DNA from: Candidatus Thermosaccharophagus tengchongensis
GTDB taxonomy: Bacteria > Armatimonadota > Fervidibacteria > Fervidibacterales > Thermosaccharophagaceae
Reading direction: 5' to 3' (one strand)
Length of the DNA stretch: 64,000 nucleotides
NCBI GenBank assembly: GCA_032161105.1
Contig: JAVHTD010000004.1
Made by a program: the position numbers and the translations under genes. Each line of letters starts with the position of its first letter. Positions within the stretch are counted from its first letter, which is position 1. The notes beneath the pieces are model-generated. The model was not told the origin of the DNA, searched no databases, and was given only the letters and a program-made list of their open reading frames with translations. Below are positions 47,233 through 57,054 of the stretch, one piece after another.

Positions 47233-49166
47233 TTCAACCCCTCCAGCTGGAAGACAAAAACGGGCTTCCTCCTCCCGGAAACAGTGACGGGACCGAGCTC
47301 CCTCACGATGACCCTGTCTCTCACAAGCTCGTAAGTTGTATCGCTTAGCAGTATTTGATCGCCGATAGCCATCTCCTGAAGGCGCTTTGCCACATTAACG
47401 GTATCGCCAACTGCCGTGAACTCAACCCTTACCCTCTCCGAACCGATATAGCCAACTATTGCATCGCCAGTGTTTATCCCAATCCCGACGGTGATGAAGC
47501 GCAACCCCGTGCTGCTTTTCCCCCTCGCAAACTCCGCAACCGATTGCCTCATATCCCACGCAGCCGCTACAGCCCGCCATGCATCGTCCTCATGGCTTTC
47601 TGGAGCGCCAAAGAAAGCCATCATCCCATCACCCAAGAACTTGTCAACCGTCCCCTCATAACGAAATGTGACCGAGGCGAGCAGCGGAAGGAAAGCGTTT
47701 AGCAGCTCAACAACTTGCTCGGGTGTGAGCCTTTCGGAGATGGATGTGAAGCCATGCATGTCGGCAAAGAGCACAGTTATCCTGCGCCTTACGCCGCCGC
47801 TCACGAGCGATGCCGGGTTGTCCATTATCCTGTCGGCAACATGCCTCGGGAGAACTCGGTATAAAGCCTCACGGCGCCTCGTCGCTTCGGTTATGTCATC
47901 GGTCAACAACACGGCACCAATGGCATTGTTTCTCTCATCCCTCAATGGTGCTGCTCGCATGCTCAAAATCTTCGTCTGCCCAAACTGGTTGATGTATTCA
48001 AGCTCAACTCCGGATACGCTCTCACCAAGCTCAAGCACCCTCTCAACCAACCCGACAAGGCGTGGGTTGAATGCGCCACCAAGCGCATCCTTGAAGTGCA
48101 TTCCGATAGCCTGAGCTGCTGACAGGCAGAATATGCGTTCTGATGCAGCATTGAACGCCGTTATATGACCCGCCGAATCAAGCACTACAATGCCGACATT
48201 GACGCTTTCAAGCAGGTTGCGAGTGTAGCTTGAAATGCTCTCGCACTTCAGCCTCCATTGCCAATACCTTATCCCGACTCCGGCGAGCCCGACGAGCAAC
48301 TCGCATGCTTTGAGCAACCCGTCTTCAACTTCGGATGGACACTTCGCCACGAAGATACCCGCCACAATTCCGTCAATCGCGATTGGCGCTACAATTGCGC
48401 ACTCAACATCTCGTGGGAGCCATTCGCGCAACCGAGCAAATGGATAGCTCACACCGCCCTTGAATGAGACCACTTTGAAACCCTGCCGTGCTATCTCGGT
48501 GAGCATATCCACCGTCAATCTAAACTCATCCCTTAAAAGCCACCTGTGAGCATCACCTATGACATGCAGCGTCACGATAAACTGACCAGCCGACACCTCA
48601 ACGATTTCGGGTATGCTCAGCACTTCGGGGCGCACGAGGAAGGCGCACTCGCTTATCCCTGTCAACCCACTGAATAAGCTGCACAGCGAAAGCAAATAGC
48701 TTGATGGCGATTGTGAAGCGCTCAGCGCCTCAATTGCATCTTTGCTGAGCCATCCAAGTATGTCACCCGACGCAGCAACATGTGTTGCCTCTCTAACCGC
48801 TTCAACTTCGGCTTTCAAATCCTCACCCAATTTTCCCTCCCTCTCGCCAACGGGTTCTACCGCCTTCGGGAATGAATGAAGCGCATCCTTAACCATACCC
48901 AATACATCCCCTGTGGCGTTGAAGGAAAACAAATCCGCATCGCCGACTCTGCGAACTATGCCCACACCGATGAGCATGCTGAGAGCCTCAACAATCGCCC
49001 CCTCGCTCTCACCAGTCCACTGAGCCAACCCAGACGGTGTGTCTATCACATGCGGGTTGCGCACAAAGAATTCAAGCAGCCTGCGAACCGAATTTATCCC
49101 GACAAGCCTCCTGAGCGCATGATGGACATCTTCGTCGGTGTGCATCATCATCACCCAACTCGCCAA
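47229..49166 (-). CDS. Class III adenylate cyclase with N-terminal wHTH-like, GAF-like and PAS domains
   Basis: TVLFADMHGFT, DKFLGDG, GIGINTG, FTAVGDTVNVAKRLQ; PAS segment LESVNVGIVVLD..FNAASERIF. Confidence 0.9.
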   Translation of the reverse strand: MASWVMMMHTDEDVHHALRRLVGINSVRRLLEFFVRNPHVIDTPSGLAQWTGESEGAIVEALSMLIGVGIVRRVGDADLFSFNATGDVLGMVKDALHSFPKAVEPVGEREGKLGEDLKAEVEAVREATHVAASGDILGWLSKDAIEALSASQSPSSYLLSLCSLFSGLTGISECAFLVRPEVLSIPEIVEVSAGQFIVTLHVIGDAHRWLLRDEFRLTVDMLTEIARQGFKVVSFKGGVSYPFARLREWLPRDVECAIVAPIAIDGIVAGIFVAKCPSEVEDGLLKACELLVGLAGVGIRYWQWRLKCESISSYTRNLLESVNVGIVVLDSAGHITAFNAASERIFCLSAAQAIGMHFKDALGGAFNPRLVGLVERVLELGESVSGVELEYINQFGQTKILSMRAAPLRDERNNAIGAVLLTDDITEATRRREALYRVLPRHVADRIMDNPASLVSGGVRRRITVLFADMHGFTSISERLTPEQVVELLNAFLPLLASVTFRYEGTVDKFLGDGMMAFFGAPESHEDDAWRAVAAAWDMRQSVAEFARGKSSTGLRFITVGIGINTGDAIVGYIGSERVRVEFTAVGDTVNVAKRLQEMAIGDQILLSDTTYELVRDRVIVRELGPVTVSGRRKPVFVFQLEGLK

Positions 49167-49181
49167 CCATACACGGTCGCA

Positions 49182-50414
49182 TCAGTCTGCGCCGCTCGGC
49201 TTTTCTCCGAGGGCATTCATGACAACCTCAACATCCTTATCGCCGCGCCCCGATAGGCAAACAATGACAACGGTATCGCTGCTGAGCGATTGAGATAGCT
49301 TGACCAAATACGCTACAGCATGCGCCGGCTCAAGCGCTGGCAATATCCCTTCGGTCTCGGCGAGCATCTTGAAAGCGCTCAATGCCTCTTCATCTGTGAC
49401 GGCAACATAAGTTGCCCTACCGGTGGCTTTCAGATAGGCGTGCTCCGGACCGACACCCGGGTAATCCAATCCAGCCGAGATGGAGTGTGTTGTCCGTATT
49501 TGACCATGCTCATCCTGAAGCACGAAGCTATACGCCCCATGAAGGACACCCTCGGTGCCGGCGACGAGCGTTGCAGCGTGCATGCCAGTCTCAATTCCCC
49601 TGCCAGCTGCTTCAACGCCGATGAGCTTGACAGACTCGTCCGACAAGAACGGATAAAAGATGCCCATTGAGTTGCTCCCGCCGCCAACGCATGCAATGAT
49701 ATAGTCCGGCAGCTTGCCCTCAACTGCAAGTATCTGCTCCCTCGCCTCACGCCCAATCACAGATTGGAAGTCGCGCACAATCATCGGATAGGGATGCGGA
49801 CCAACAACTGAGCCAATGACATAATGCGTGTGATGAACATTTGTCACCCAATCTCTCATCGCCTCATTGATTGCGTCCTTCAGCGTCCTGCTACCCGAGC
49901 GAACCGGTATGACCCTCGCACCGAGGAGTTGCATCCGAAACACATTCAATGCTTGCCGCCTCATGTCCTCCTCGCCCATGTAGATGTCGCATTCAAGCCC
50001 GAGCAGCGCGGCAGCTGTTGCAGTGGCAACGCCGTGCTGACCGGCACCGGTCTCCGCAATGAGCCTCCTTTTGCCCATGCGCTTCGCCAAGAGCGCTTGC
50101 CCAAGCGTGTTGTTTATTTTGTGAGCGCCGGTGTGACACAGATCCTCGCGCTTAAGGTAAACCTTAACCCCGAGCCGCTCACTCAACCTGCTCGCAAAGT
50201 AAAGCGGCGTTGGGCGACCAGCGTAATCCCTGAGGAGATGCTCAAGCTCCGCGTGAAACTTTGGGTCGGACTTAGCAGCCTCATACTCCTCACACAGCTC
50301 CTGCAATGGATACATGAGCGTCTCTGGAACATACATCCCGCCATACTTCCCAAACCTGCCTTTGGCATCCGGAAGAGCATATTGAGCCACTGCCAATTCA
50401 ATCACTCCCATCAC
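49182..50414 (-). CDS. trpB: Tryptophan synthase beta chain
   Basis: [64 protein letters not shown]. Confidence 0.97.
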   Translation of the reverse strand: MMGVIELAVAQYALPDAKGRFGKYGGMYVPETLMYPLQELCEEYEAAKSDPKFHAELEHLLRDYAGRPTPLYFASRLSERLGVKVYLKREDLCHTGAHKINNTLGQALLAKRMGKRRLIAETGAGQHGVATATAAALLGLECDIYMGEEDMRRQALNVFRMQLLGARVIPVRSGSRTLKDAINEAMRDWVTNVHHTHYVIGSVVGPHPYPMIVRDFQSVIGREAREQILAVEGKLPDYIIACVGGGSNSMGIFYPFLSDESVKLIGVEAAGRGIETGMHAATLVAGTEGVLHGAYSFVLQDEHGQIRTTHSISAGLDYPGVGPEHAYLKATGRATYVAVTDEEALSAFKMLAETEGILPALEPAHAVAYLVKLSQSLSSDTVVIVCLSGRGDKDVEVVMNALGEKPSGAD

Positions 50415-51195
50415 AATTTAATCCGAGCAGCTCTCTCATCTTCGCGAGTGGGTCTTCAGAGCGCATTAACGCCTCACCGACTAAGATCGCATCAACACCC
50501 TCTCCATCAAGGATGCGCACATCTTCCCTGCACTTAATCCCGCTCTCGGAGACGACTATGATGCCATCTGGAACGAGCTTCCTCAAGCGCAGCGTCGTGG
50601 CTATGTCAACCTGCATCGTCTTGAGGTCGCGATTGTTTATCCCGATGATGTCTGCGCCACATGAGAGCGCTAAATCAAGCTCTGTCTCATCATGCACCTC
50701 AACGAGCGCATCCATGCCATACTCACGCACGAGCGAGATGAGCTCCCCGAGCTGCTGAGGTTCCAATGCCGCAACGATTAGCAGCACTGCATCTGCGCCA
50801 TAAGCCCTCGCCTCAACAACTTGATACTCGCACAGTATGAAGTCCTTGCGCAGCACGGGCTTGCTCGTAATTTCTTTGGCGAGCTGCAGGTGCTCAATGT
50901 GTCCGCCGAAGAAATGTTCCTCGGTGAGCACTGATATAGCCGAAGCCGGTGAAACCTCGTAAAGGTGAAGCAATTCCGATGGCTCAAAACGCTCCCTTAT
51001 GACGCCCGCTGACGGCGACGAGCGCTTCAACTCCGCTATGAGTTTAATCCCGTTAGTCCGCCTCACCGCCCTTGAGAACGACCTCACTTGATGGGCAAAG
51101 CGCAGACGCTCATGCAACAGCTCAATTGGCACTTCCGCCATGACACTCTCAACTTGCTTTCGCTTCACTTCCAGAAGGTGATGCAATACTGTCAT
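50398..51195 (-). CDS. trpC: Indole-3-glycerol phosphate synthase
   Basis: [40 protein letters not shown]. Confidence 0.95.
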   Translation of the reverse strand: MTVLHHLLEVKRKQVESVMAEVPIELLHERLRFAHQVRSFSRAVRRTNGIKLIAELKRSSPSAGVIRERFEPSELLHLYEVSPASAISVLTEEHFFGGHIEHLQLAKEITSKPVLRKDFILCEYQVVEARAYGADAVLLIVAALEPQQLGELISLVREYGMDALVEVHDETELDLALSCGADIIGINNRDLKTMQVDIATTLRLRKLVPDGIIVVSESGIKCREDVRILDGEGVDAILVGEALMRSEDPLAKMRELLGLNCDGSD

Positions 51196-51254
51196 CTGTT
51201 GCTCTCACCCTTCGTGGGAATGGAAAGCCGCTCAAGCTGAATCATCATGCGAAG

Positions 51255-52289
51255 CTATCTTGCCGCTCCGCTCACCTTTTCGCTGAACTGGATTACACGC
51301 TTGAGGCACTGAAGCGCCCTTCCGCTATCTATTGCCTCCTCAGCGGCTTTGATTCCGTCGGCGATGTTATCGCACAGCTCCCCGGCAACGATTCCGAGGG
51401 CAGCGTTGAGCAGGACCGAATCTCTCGGGCAGCCATGAACATCACCGCTGAGCACACCGAGCAACAGTCTTGCGCCATCTTCCCTGCTGCTTATGCGCAA
51501 CTCATCCAAGCTGCCACGCCCAAAACCAATTTCACTTGGCACAAGCTCGTATGTGCGCACATCGCCGTGAGATAGCTCGCTGATGAGCGTAGGTGCGCAT
51601 GGTGAAACTTCGTCCAAACCGTCGTGTGAATGAACTACGAATGCCCTCCTCAAGCCCAAGCTGCACAGCACTCTGGCAATCCTCTCAGAAAGGTGCGGCG
51701 AGAACACGCCCATTGTTTGCCCGGTGATGTTTGCCGGGTTTGTGATCGGACCGAGTATGTTGAAGACAGTCCTGATCCCGAGCTGCCGCCTTATGTGCGC
51801 CACATTCCTCATAGCCGGATGGAACTGCGGCGCAAACAGGAAGCCAAATCCAATATCCTCAATGCACTGCTTAACCATCTCAGGCGGCATGTTCAAGTTG
51901 TAGCCGAGCTCCTCAAGCACATCGGCGCTGCCGCATTGACTCGTCACCGACCTATTGCCGTGCTTAGCCACAGCAACGCCAGCACCGGCAACAACGAATG
52001 CTGCTGCTGTTGAGATGTTGAATGTGTGAGCACCATCGCCACCAGTGCCGCATGTGTCAACTAATGGCTGCCTGTCAACTTGGATACGCAAAGCCTTATC
52101 CCGCATTGCCCTCGCAAAGCCGACTATCTCTTCAACACTCTCACCGCGCATCCTCAAGGCTGTAAGCAAGCCGGCAACCTGCACATCTTGCGCCTCACCG
52201 CCAATGACCTGCAACATGACATCGTATGCCTCATCGGCACTGAGATGCCCACCCTCAACAATGCGCTTCAGCGCCCCAGCAATATCCAT
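51255..52289 (-). CDS. trpD: Anthranilate phosphoribosyltransferase
   Basis: DTCGTGGDG, FNISTA, AKHGNRS, GSADVLE, RTVFNILGP, DGLDE. Confidence 0.96.
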   Translation of the reverse strand: MDIAGALKRIVEGGHLSADEAYDVMLQVIGGEAQDVQVAGLLTALRMRGESVEEIVGFARAMRDKALRIQVDRQPLVDTCGTGGDGAHTFNISTAAAFVVAGAGVAVAKHGNRSVTSQCGSADVLEELGYNLNMPPEMVKQCIEDIGFGFLFAPQFHPAMRNVAHIRRQLGIRTVFNILGPITNPANITGQTMGVFSPHLSERIARVLCSLGLRRAFVVHSHDGLDEVSPCAPTLISELSHGDVRTYELVPSEIGFGRGSLDELRISSREDGARLLLGVLSGDVHGCPRDSVLLNAALGIVAGELCDNIADGIKAAEEAIDSGRALQCLKRVIQFSEKVSGAAR

Positions 52290-52780
52290 GATGCATGCTC
52301 ACCTCACGCCAAACGGCGCACTGCCAGTGAAGGCAAAGCCCATGCGCTTCTCAAAGCCAGCCGCGCAAAAGCTGACCCTAAAGCGTTACACCCCTCTCAA
52401 AGAGCACGACATAATGGGGATTGGCAGGCTTCGGTTACAAAGTTTAGCTCAAGCACGAGCGCGTGAAACGCACAAAGGGGTAAGCAACCACTGAGAGCAA
52501 ATCGGATGATTGTTCCCTCGGGCACCGATGTCCGGCGCTTTTGACCGAAGCATTTCATCGCCACAGCAGATTGCTTGCGACAGTTTTCTCCGCTCCCAAT
52601 GCATCATTGACGCGAGAAAGAACCCGCCAATCGCGCATTAAAGGTCGTGGAGGAACTGGCTGAACCAACGCCATTAGTGGGTTTACCATGCCACCACTTG
52701 CGCGATAAAATGCGTAGATAGTTGACCCGCTCAGTTTCAAAGGCATGTTTCAAAGGGCTGCATGCCCTGAGGTGAAGGAA

Positions 52781-54223
52781 ATGAGAACACGCAAAGCTGG
52801 TGATGCTGCATTGCTGTTATGCGCCTGGTTGATTGCGCTCATGTTGCAATCCGCATGGGCACAACTGAGGGCGGGCGTTTACAAATGCATTTCAGTTGAG
52901 GCACCGAATGTCCTTAAGTTTGAAAGGTTGGGGACAGTCACACTTATAGGCGTTCAATCACCGGATGCATCTGACCCCGGATTTGAGAGCGCAATGCAAG
53001 TTGTGCGGCGATATGCTGAGGGTAAGCAGCTTAAGGTTGAGCCATGTCCCGTCCGTCCGAAGGATGATGATGGGAGAATTCGCGCAATCGTTTACTTTCG
53101 GGAGGCTAACGCATGGCACAACCTGAACACAAAGCTTTTAAGGGCTGGCTATGCAACGCTGCGCAGTGAGGAACGCTGTCATGTGAATGTTAAGGCATGG
53201 ACACCGCTTGTTGCGCAGGCGCAATCGCAGGGGAGAGGGCTGTGGGCGAGGTTGCAACCGGAGCGTCAAATTGAGACCGACTATGTGATGGCACTGCAGG
53301 GCTTGCGGATTGCCGAAGCTGTCGCAAGGGCTCCAAAAGCTTACGCACCCGTTGCCTTCCCCATAGCGAGCCCGGAGAGGATGAGCAAGGTTGGCGAGAT
53401 ATTACTTCCGCTTGGACCTGTGCTAAAGGAGCCATATCATGCGCTTGGGAGTGCCACCTCAGCGGCATACACGCAATTGCGCACGCTGATTGATGCCAGG
53501 GAAAGATGTCTCACTCTTGAAAGTGCATTGCGCACCGGCGTCCCAATGAGGGCATTAAACCCGGAGCGCTTAAGAGAGCTCTTCGTTAAATATGATTTGC
53601 CAGCACCAACAAACATGCTCACGGCACCTGTGCGAGATGACAGAGGTAGAACGATTTGGGATGCAATGCAGCAACTATACTTGACTGACGCGCGAGAGCC
53701 CCTTCACGAGATTCTGTTTTGGTTTCCGGGAGTGCAGAACCAATTCAGGAATAGACTGATAGCCCTTGGCGGACAACTCGTTGGCGGTCCAACACCTGCA
53801 GCGCCGGCTGGGGGCGCACCGACAAGCCCGACATTTGGCGCTCCGAGCGGAATGCCCGGTGCACCAATGGGCGCACCAGGTGGGATGCCCGGTGCACCAA
53901 TGGGTGCTCCAGCCGGGATGCCAGGCGCACCGGCACCCGAGGGTGGACCACCAGCGGGGCTTGGTGCAGTAGGTGGCGCTCCAACTGCGGCTCCGGCTGC
54001 TGGATTGCAAGCATACTATGAATTGCTTGGGAGAATAAGGGCGGGGCGAGTTGAGCCGGAGGAAGCATGCCTTCTAATGCTCGCCTTAAGAACCTACCGA
54101 GGTGAATTCCTTGAGGACGAAATTGAAAGGGCGAGGAGGCGTTACGATAAGGCTGTTGAGGAGCAACGCAAGTTTGAAGCCTTCATGCGCAGGCAACTCC
54201 AAAGGACATCCACCAGTAGGTGA
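52781..54223 (+). CDS. Secreted protein with a degenerate thermonuclease (SNase)-like domain and a Pro/Ala/Gly-rich linker
   Basis: Signal ..LQSAWA; TLIGVQSPD..DDDGRIRAIVY..LNTKLLRAGYA..AQSQGRGLW. RBS GAGGTG upstream of ATG 52781. Confidence 0.7.
   Translation: MRTRKAGDAALLLCAWLIALMLQSAWAQLRAGVYKCISVEAPNVLKFERLGTVTLIGVQSPDASDPGFESAMQVVRRYAEGKQLKVEPCPVRPKDDDGRIRAIVYFREANAWHNLNTKLLRAGYATLRSEERCHVNVKAWTPLVAQAQSQGRGLWARLQPERQIETDYVMALQGLRIAEAVARAPKAYAPVAFPIASPERMSKVGEILLPLGPVLKEPYHALGSATSAAYTQLRTLIDARERCLTLESALRTGVPMRALNPERLRELFVKYDLPAPTNMLTAPVRDDRGRTIWDAMQQLYLTDAREPLHEILFWFPGVQNQFRNRLIALGGQLVGGPTPAAPAGGAPTSPTFGAPSGMPGAPMGAPGGMPGAPMGAPAGMPGAPAPEGGPPAGLGAVGGAPTAAPAAGLQAYYELLGRIRAGRVEPEEACLLMLALRTYRGEFLEDEIERARRRYDKAVEEQRKFEAFMRRQLQRTSTSR
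53849..53932 (+). repeat. In-frame 33-bp tandem repeat (about 2.5 copies, GMPGAPMGAP[G/A])
   Basis: GGAATGCCCGGTGCACCAATGGGCGCACCAGGT / GGGATGCCCGGTGCACCAATGGGTGCTCCAGCC / GGGATGCCAGGCGCACCG. Confidence 0.85.
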
Positions 54224-54373
54224 AGTGAATTGGATCTAAGCCGTTACAGGATGCGTTTGTGCATCAAATGTGTTAAGCGAGGATGAGGATTTATCATCGC
54301 TCCAAGGGAAGAATCCACAGGCATCCAAGCGTGCGTGTGGTAAGAAATCTCTCTGAGCAGGAGGGGTGTGAAA

Positions 54374-54718
54374 GTGCCCTTAAGCAAACATGAGAAGTGG
54401 AGAATCATCAGGCAATGGCAGCGCAGCCCAGATGACACCGGTTCGCCGGAGGTCCAAATTGCCATTTTGACTGAGCGAATAAACAGGCTCACAGAGCACC
54501 TGCGCCAGCACAAGAAGGATGTCCATTCAAGGCGCGGCTTAATTCTCATGCACAGCAAGAGGCGCAGGCTGCTTCGCTACCTTGCAGAGAAAGACATAGA
54601 GCGATACCGAAGGGTCGTTGAAGGGCTTGGCATAAGGGACTTCTTCGGCATACTGCGCAAGCAGGTGACTGCGCAGGCTGAGGAAGCCGCACAGGGCGCC
54701 CAAGAATCAACACGATGA
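54374..54718 (+). CDS. rpsO: 30S ribosomal protein S15 with a C-terminal extension
   Basis: [42 protein letters not shown] 54374 is better spaced from GGAGG than 54368. Confidence 0.95.
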   Translation: MPLSKHEKWRIIRQWQRSPDDTGSPEVQIAILTERINRLTEHLRQHKKDVHSRRGLILMHSKRRRLLRYLAEKDIERYRRVVEGLGIRDFFGILRKQVTAQAEEAAQGAQESTR

Positions 54719-54746
54719 GATTGACGGCTTAATTACAACGGTCCAC

Positions 54747-56966
54747 TTGGCAGCGAGAGTGATGACGATGCAAGTTGTAAGAGAGACGATTGAGCTCAGC
54801 GGGAGGCAGCTCACAATTGAAACCGGTGTGCTTGCACCGCAGGCAAATGGCGCCGTTACAGTCCGTTACGGTGATTCAATGGTTTTGGTCACCGCGGTCG
54901 CCACTGAGGAGGTAAGGGAAGATATTGACTTCCTCCCGCTCGTAGTTGACTTTGAAGCTCGCATGTATGCAGCGGGACGCATACCGGGGCATAGGTTTTA
55001 CCGCCGTGAGGGTCCACCATCAACTGCCTCAATACTTGCGGCGAGGTTAATTGATAGGGCAATCCGCCCGCTCTTCCCAAAAGGGGCATGCAACGATGTT
55101 CAGGTGATCGTCACAGCACTCGCCTCGGACCTTGAGAACTACTTAGACATTCCGGGGCTCATTGGGGCAAGCGCTGCCCTTTGCATTTCCGACATTCCGT
55201 TTGACGGACCAATCGGGGCAGTCAGAATTGGTTTGATCAACGGTGAGTTGGTTGTCAACCCAACATACCAGCAAATGCAAGCGAGCGAACTTGACCTTAT
55301 CGTCGCTGGGACAAGGGAAGCCGTTGTGATGATTGAAGCCGGCGCAAAGCAAGTCCCGGAGGAGAGGATACTTGAAGCAATCAAGCTTGCACACGAAGCG
55401 CTCCAACCAATCATTGAAATGCAGGAGAGGCTTTGCACGCGAATTGGGAAGCCAAAGCGCGAGCTTACATTGCGTCTACCGAATGACGAACTCGTGCGCC
55501 TCATAAGGGAGCGCTATGGAGAGCAGCTTACTAAAGCGATATGTGTGCCCGAGAAGTTGGAGCGAGAACGCGCCTTTGGAAAATTGCTGCAGGAGATCCA
55601 GAAGGCGCTCCTTGAGGAGTTCCCGGATTTGAGTGAGCAGGTAAAGCCATCATGCTCGGCTGCTGTGAAGGAGTTAATAAACGAGCGCACCGTCAAATTT
55701 GGTGTGCGAGTTGACGGTAGAAGGGTTGATGAAGTGCGTCCAGTGTCATGTAGCGTCGGCATCTCACCGAGGGTTCACGGCAGCTCGCTGTTCATCCGTG
55801 GGGAGACACAAGTCCTCACAATAGCGACGCTCGGCGCAACAACTGATGAAATGTGGGTTGACAGCCTGATGGAGGAAGAAGTGACGAAGCGCTTTATGCA
55901 TCAATACAACTTCCCGCCATATAGCGTTGGCGATGCCAAACCGCTTAGAGCACCATCAAGGAGAGAGATTGGGCATGGTGCGCTCGCTGAGAGGGCTCTT
56001 GAAGCAGTCATACCCCCGGAGGAGGAGTTCCCTTACACAATCAGGCTCGTCACAGAGGTGCTGAGCTCAAATGGCTCAACATCAATGGCGTCAGTTTGCG
56101 GTGGGACGCTCGCATTGATGGATGCGGCAGTCCCAATATCAGCTCCGGTGGCTGGAATATCAATCGGCTTGATGAGCTACGGTGGCACTGATGTGCTATT
56201 GACGGATATCCAAGGGATTGAGGATGCATATGGCGAAATGGACTTCAAAATTGCCGGCACAAGGAATGGCATAACGGCAATCCAACTTGACCTGAAACGC
56301 AATGGGCTCTCATACGAGCTAATTGAGGGCGCTTTTGAGAGGGCAAGGATCGCTCGCCTCTCAATACTGGACATAATGGCACAGGTCATTGATAAGCCAA
56401 GGGAGGAACTTTCGCCATATGCGCCGCGAATAAAGGTCGTGCATATACCGTCGGACAAAATTGGCGACCTTATCGGACCGAGAGGAAAGCACCTGAAGCA
56501 AATTGAGCTTGAGACAGCAGCCAGAATTGAGATTGAACCAGATGGAACAGTTTATATTACTTGCCCAGACATGGAGAAGGCTGAGAAAGCTGAAGCCATG
56601 GTCAAAAGCTTCGTCCAAGAACCGGTCGTTGGCGAAGCTTACAAAGGTAAAGTGACGCGCCTTGGACCATCCTACGCGTTCATTGAGATCCTGCCCGGGA
56701 AAGAGGGCTTCATTCATGTGCGCGACTTGACAACGCAGAGGGTGCAATCAATTTCCGACTTGCTGCGCATCGGCGACGAAATTGAGGTCTGCGTTGAGAG
56801 CATAGACAGCGAGGGGAGGATAAAGCTTCGCTTGAAGGAACCACTGCAACCACAACCAATAAGATGGCAATCATCAACAGCACGAAGAACGCATAGCCGT
56901 TTTAACTTTCCCCCCAGAAGACACCAGACACAAAAGGGAAAGAACACCGATGATAGGGCTTGCTAA
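54747..56966 (+). CDS. pnp: Polyribonucleotide nucleotidyltransferase (PNPase)
   Basis: DFLPL.VD, RLIDRAIRPLFP, RREIGHGALAERAL, SNGSTSMASVC, MDFKIAGT; KH (IGPRGK) and S1 domains. Start is probably 54762 or 54768. Confidence 0.97.
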   Translation: MAARVMTMQVVRETIELSGRQLTIETGVLAPQANGAVTVRYGDSMVLVTAVATEEVREDIDFLPLVVDFEARMYAAGRIPGHRFYRREGPPSTASILAARLIDRAIRPLFPKGACNDVQVIVTALASDLENYLDIPGLIGASAALCISDIPFDGPIGAVRIGLINGELVVNPTYQQMQASELDLIVAGTREAVVMIEAGAKQVPEERILEAIKLAHEALQPIIEMQERLCTRIGKPKRELTLRLPNDELVRLIRERYGEQLTKAICVPEKLERERAFGKLLQEIQKALLEEFPDLSEQVKPSCSAAVKELINERTVKFGVRVDGRRVDEVRPVSCSVGISPRVHGSSLFIRGETQVLTIATLGATTDEMWVDSLMEEEVTKRFMHQYNFPPYSVGDAKPLRAPSRREIGHGALAERALEAVIPPEEEFPYTIRLVTEVLSSNGSTSMASVCGGTLALMDAAVPISAPVAGISIGLMSYGGTDVLLTDIQGIEDAYGEMDFKIAGTRNGITAIQLDLKRNGLSYELIEGAFERARIARLSILDIMAQVIDKPREELSPYAPRIKVVHIPSDKIGDLIGPRGKHLKQIELETAARIEIEPDGTVYITCPDMEKAEKAEAMVKSFVQEPVVGEAYKGKVTRLGPSYAFIEILPGKEGFIHVRDLTTQRVQSISDLLRIGDEIEVCVESIDSEGRIKLRLKEPLQPQPIRWQSSTARRTHSRFNFPPRRHQTQKGKNTDDRAC

Positions 56967-57054
56967 GTTGGCATCCGTCAACATCGGCAATTGGCACCCA
57001 TCCAACACGCCATCGCCAATGAAGAAACCAACAGGGGCACATCGGCAGCGCAAC

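Noticed and set aside
52330..52440. c-di-GMP-I riboswitch-like words (GGCAAA..CGCAAA..CTAA..ATGG..GTTAC)
   Set aside because: No GNRA-capped P2 stem and poor pairing; an Rfam/Infernal scan would be needed.
52290..52745. trp attenuator or T-box upstream of trpD
   Set aside because: No Trp-codon-rich leader peptide or T-box motif with terminator was recognised.
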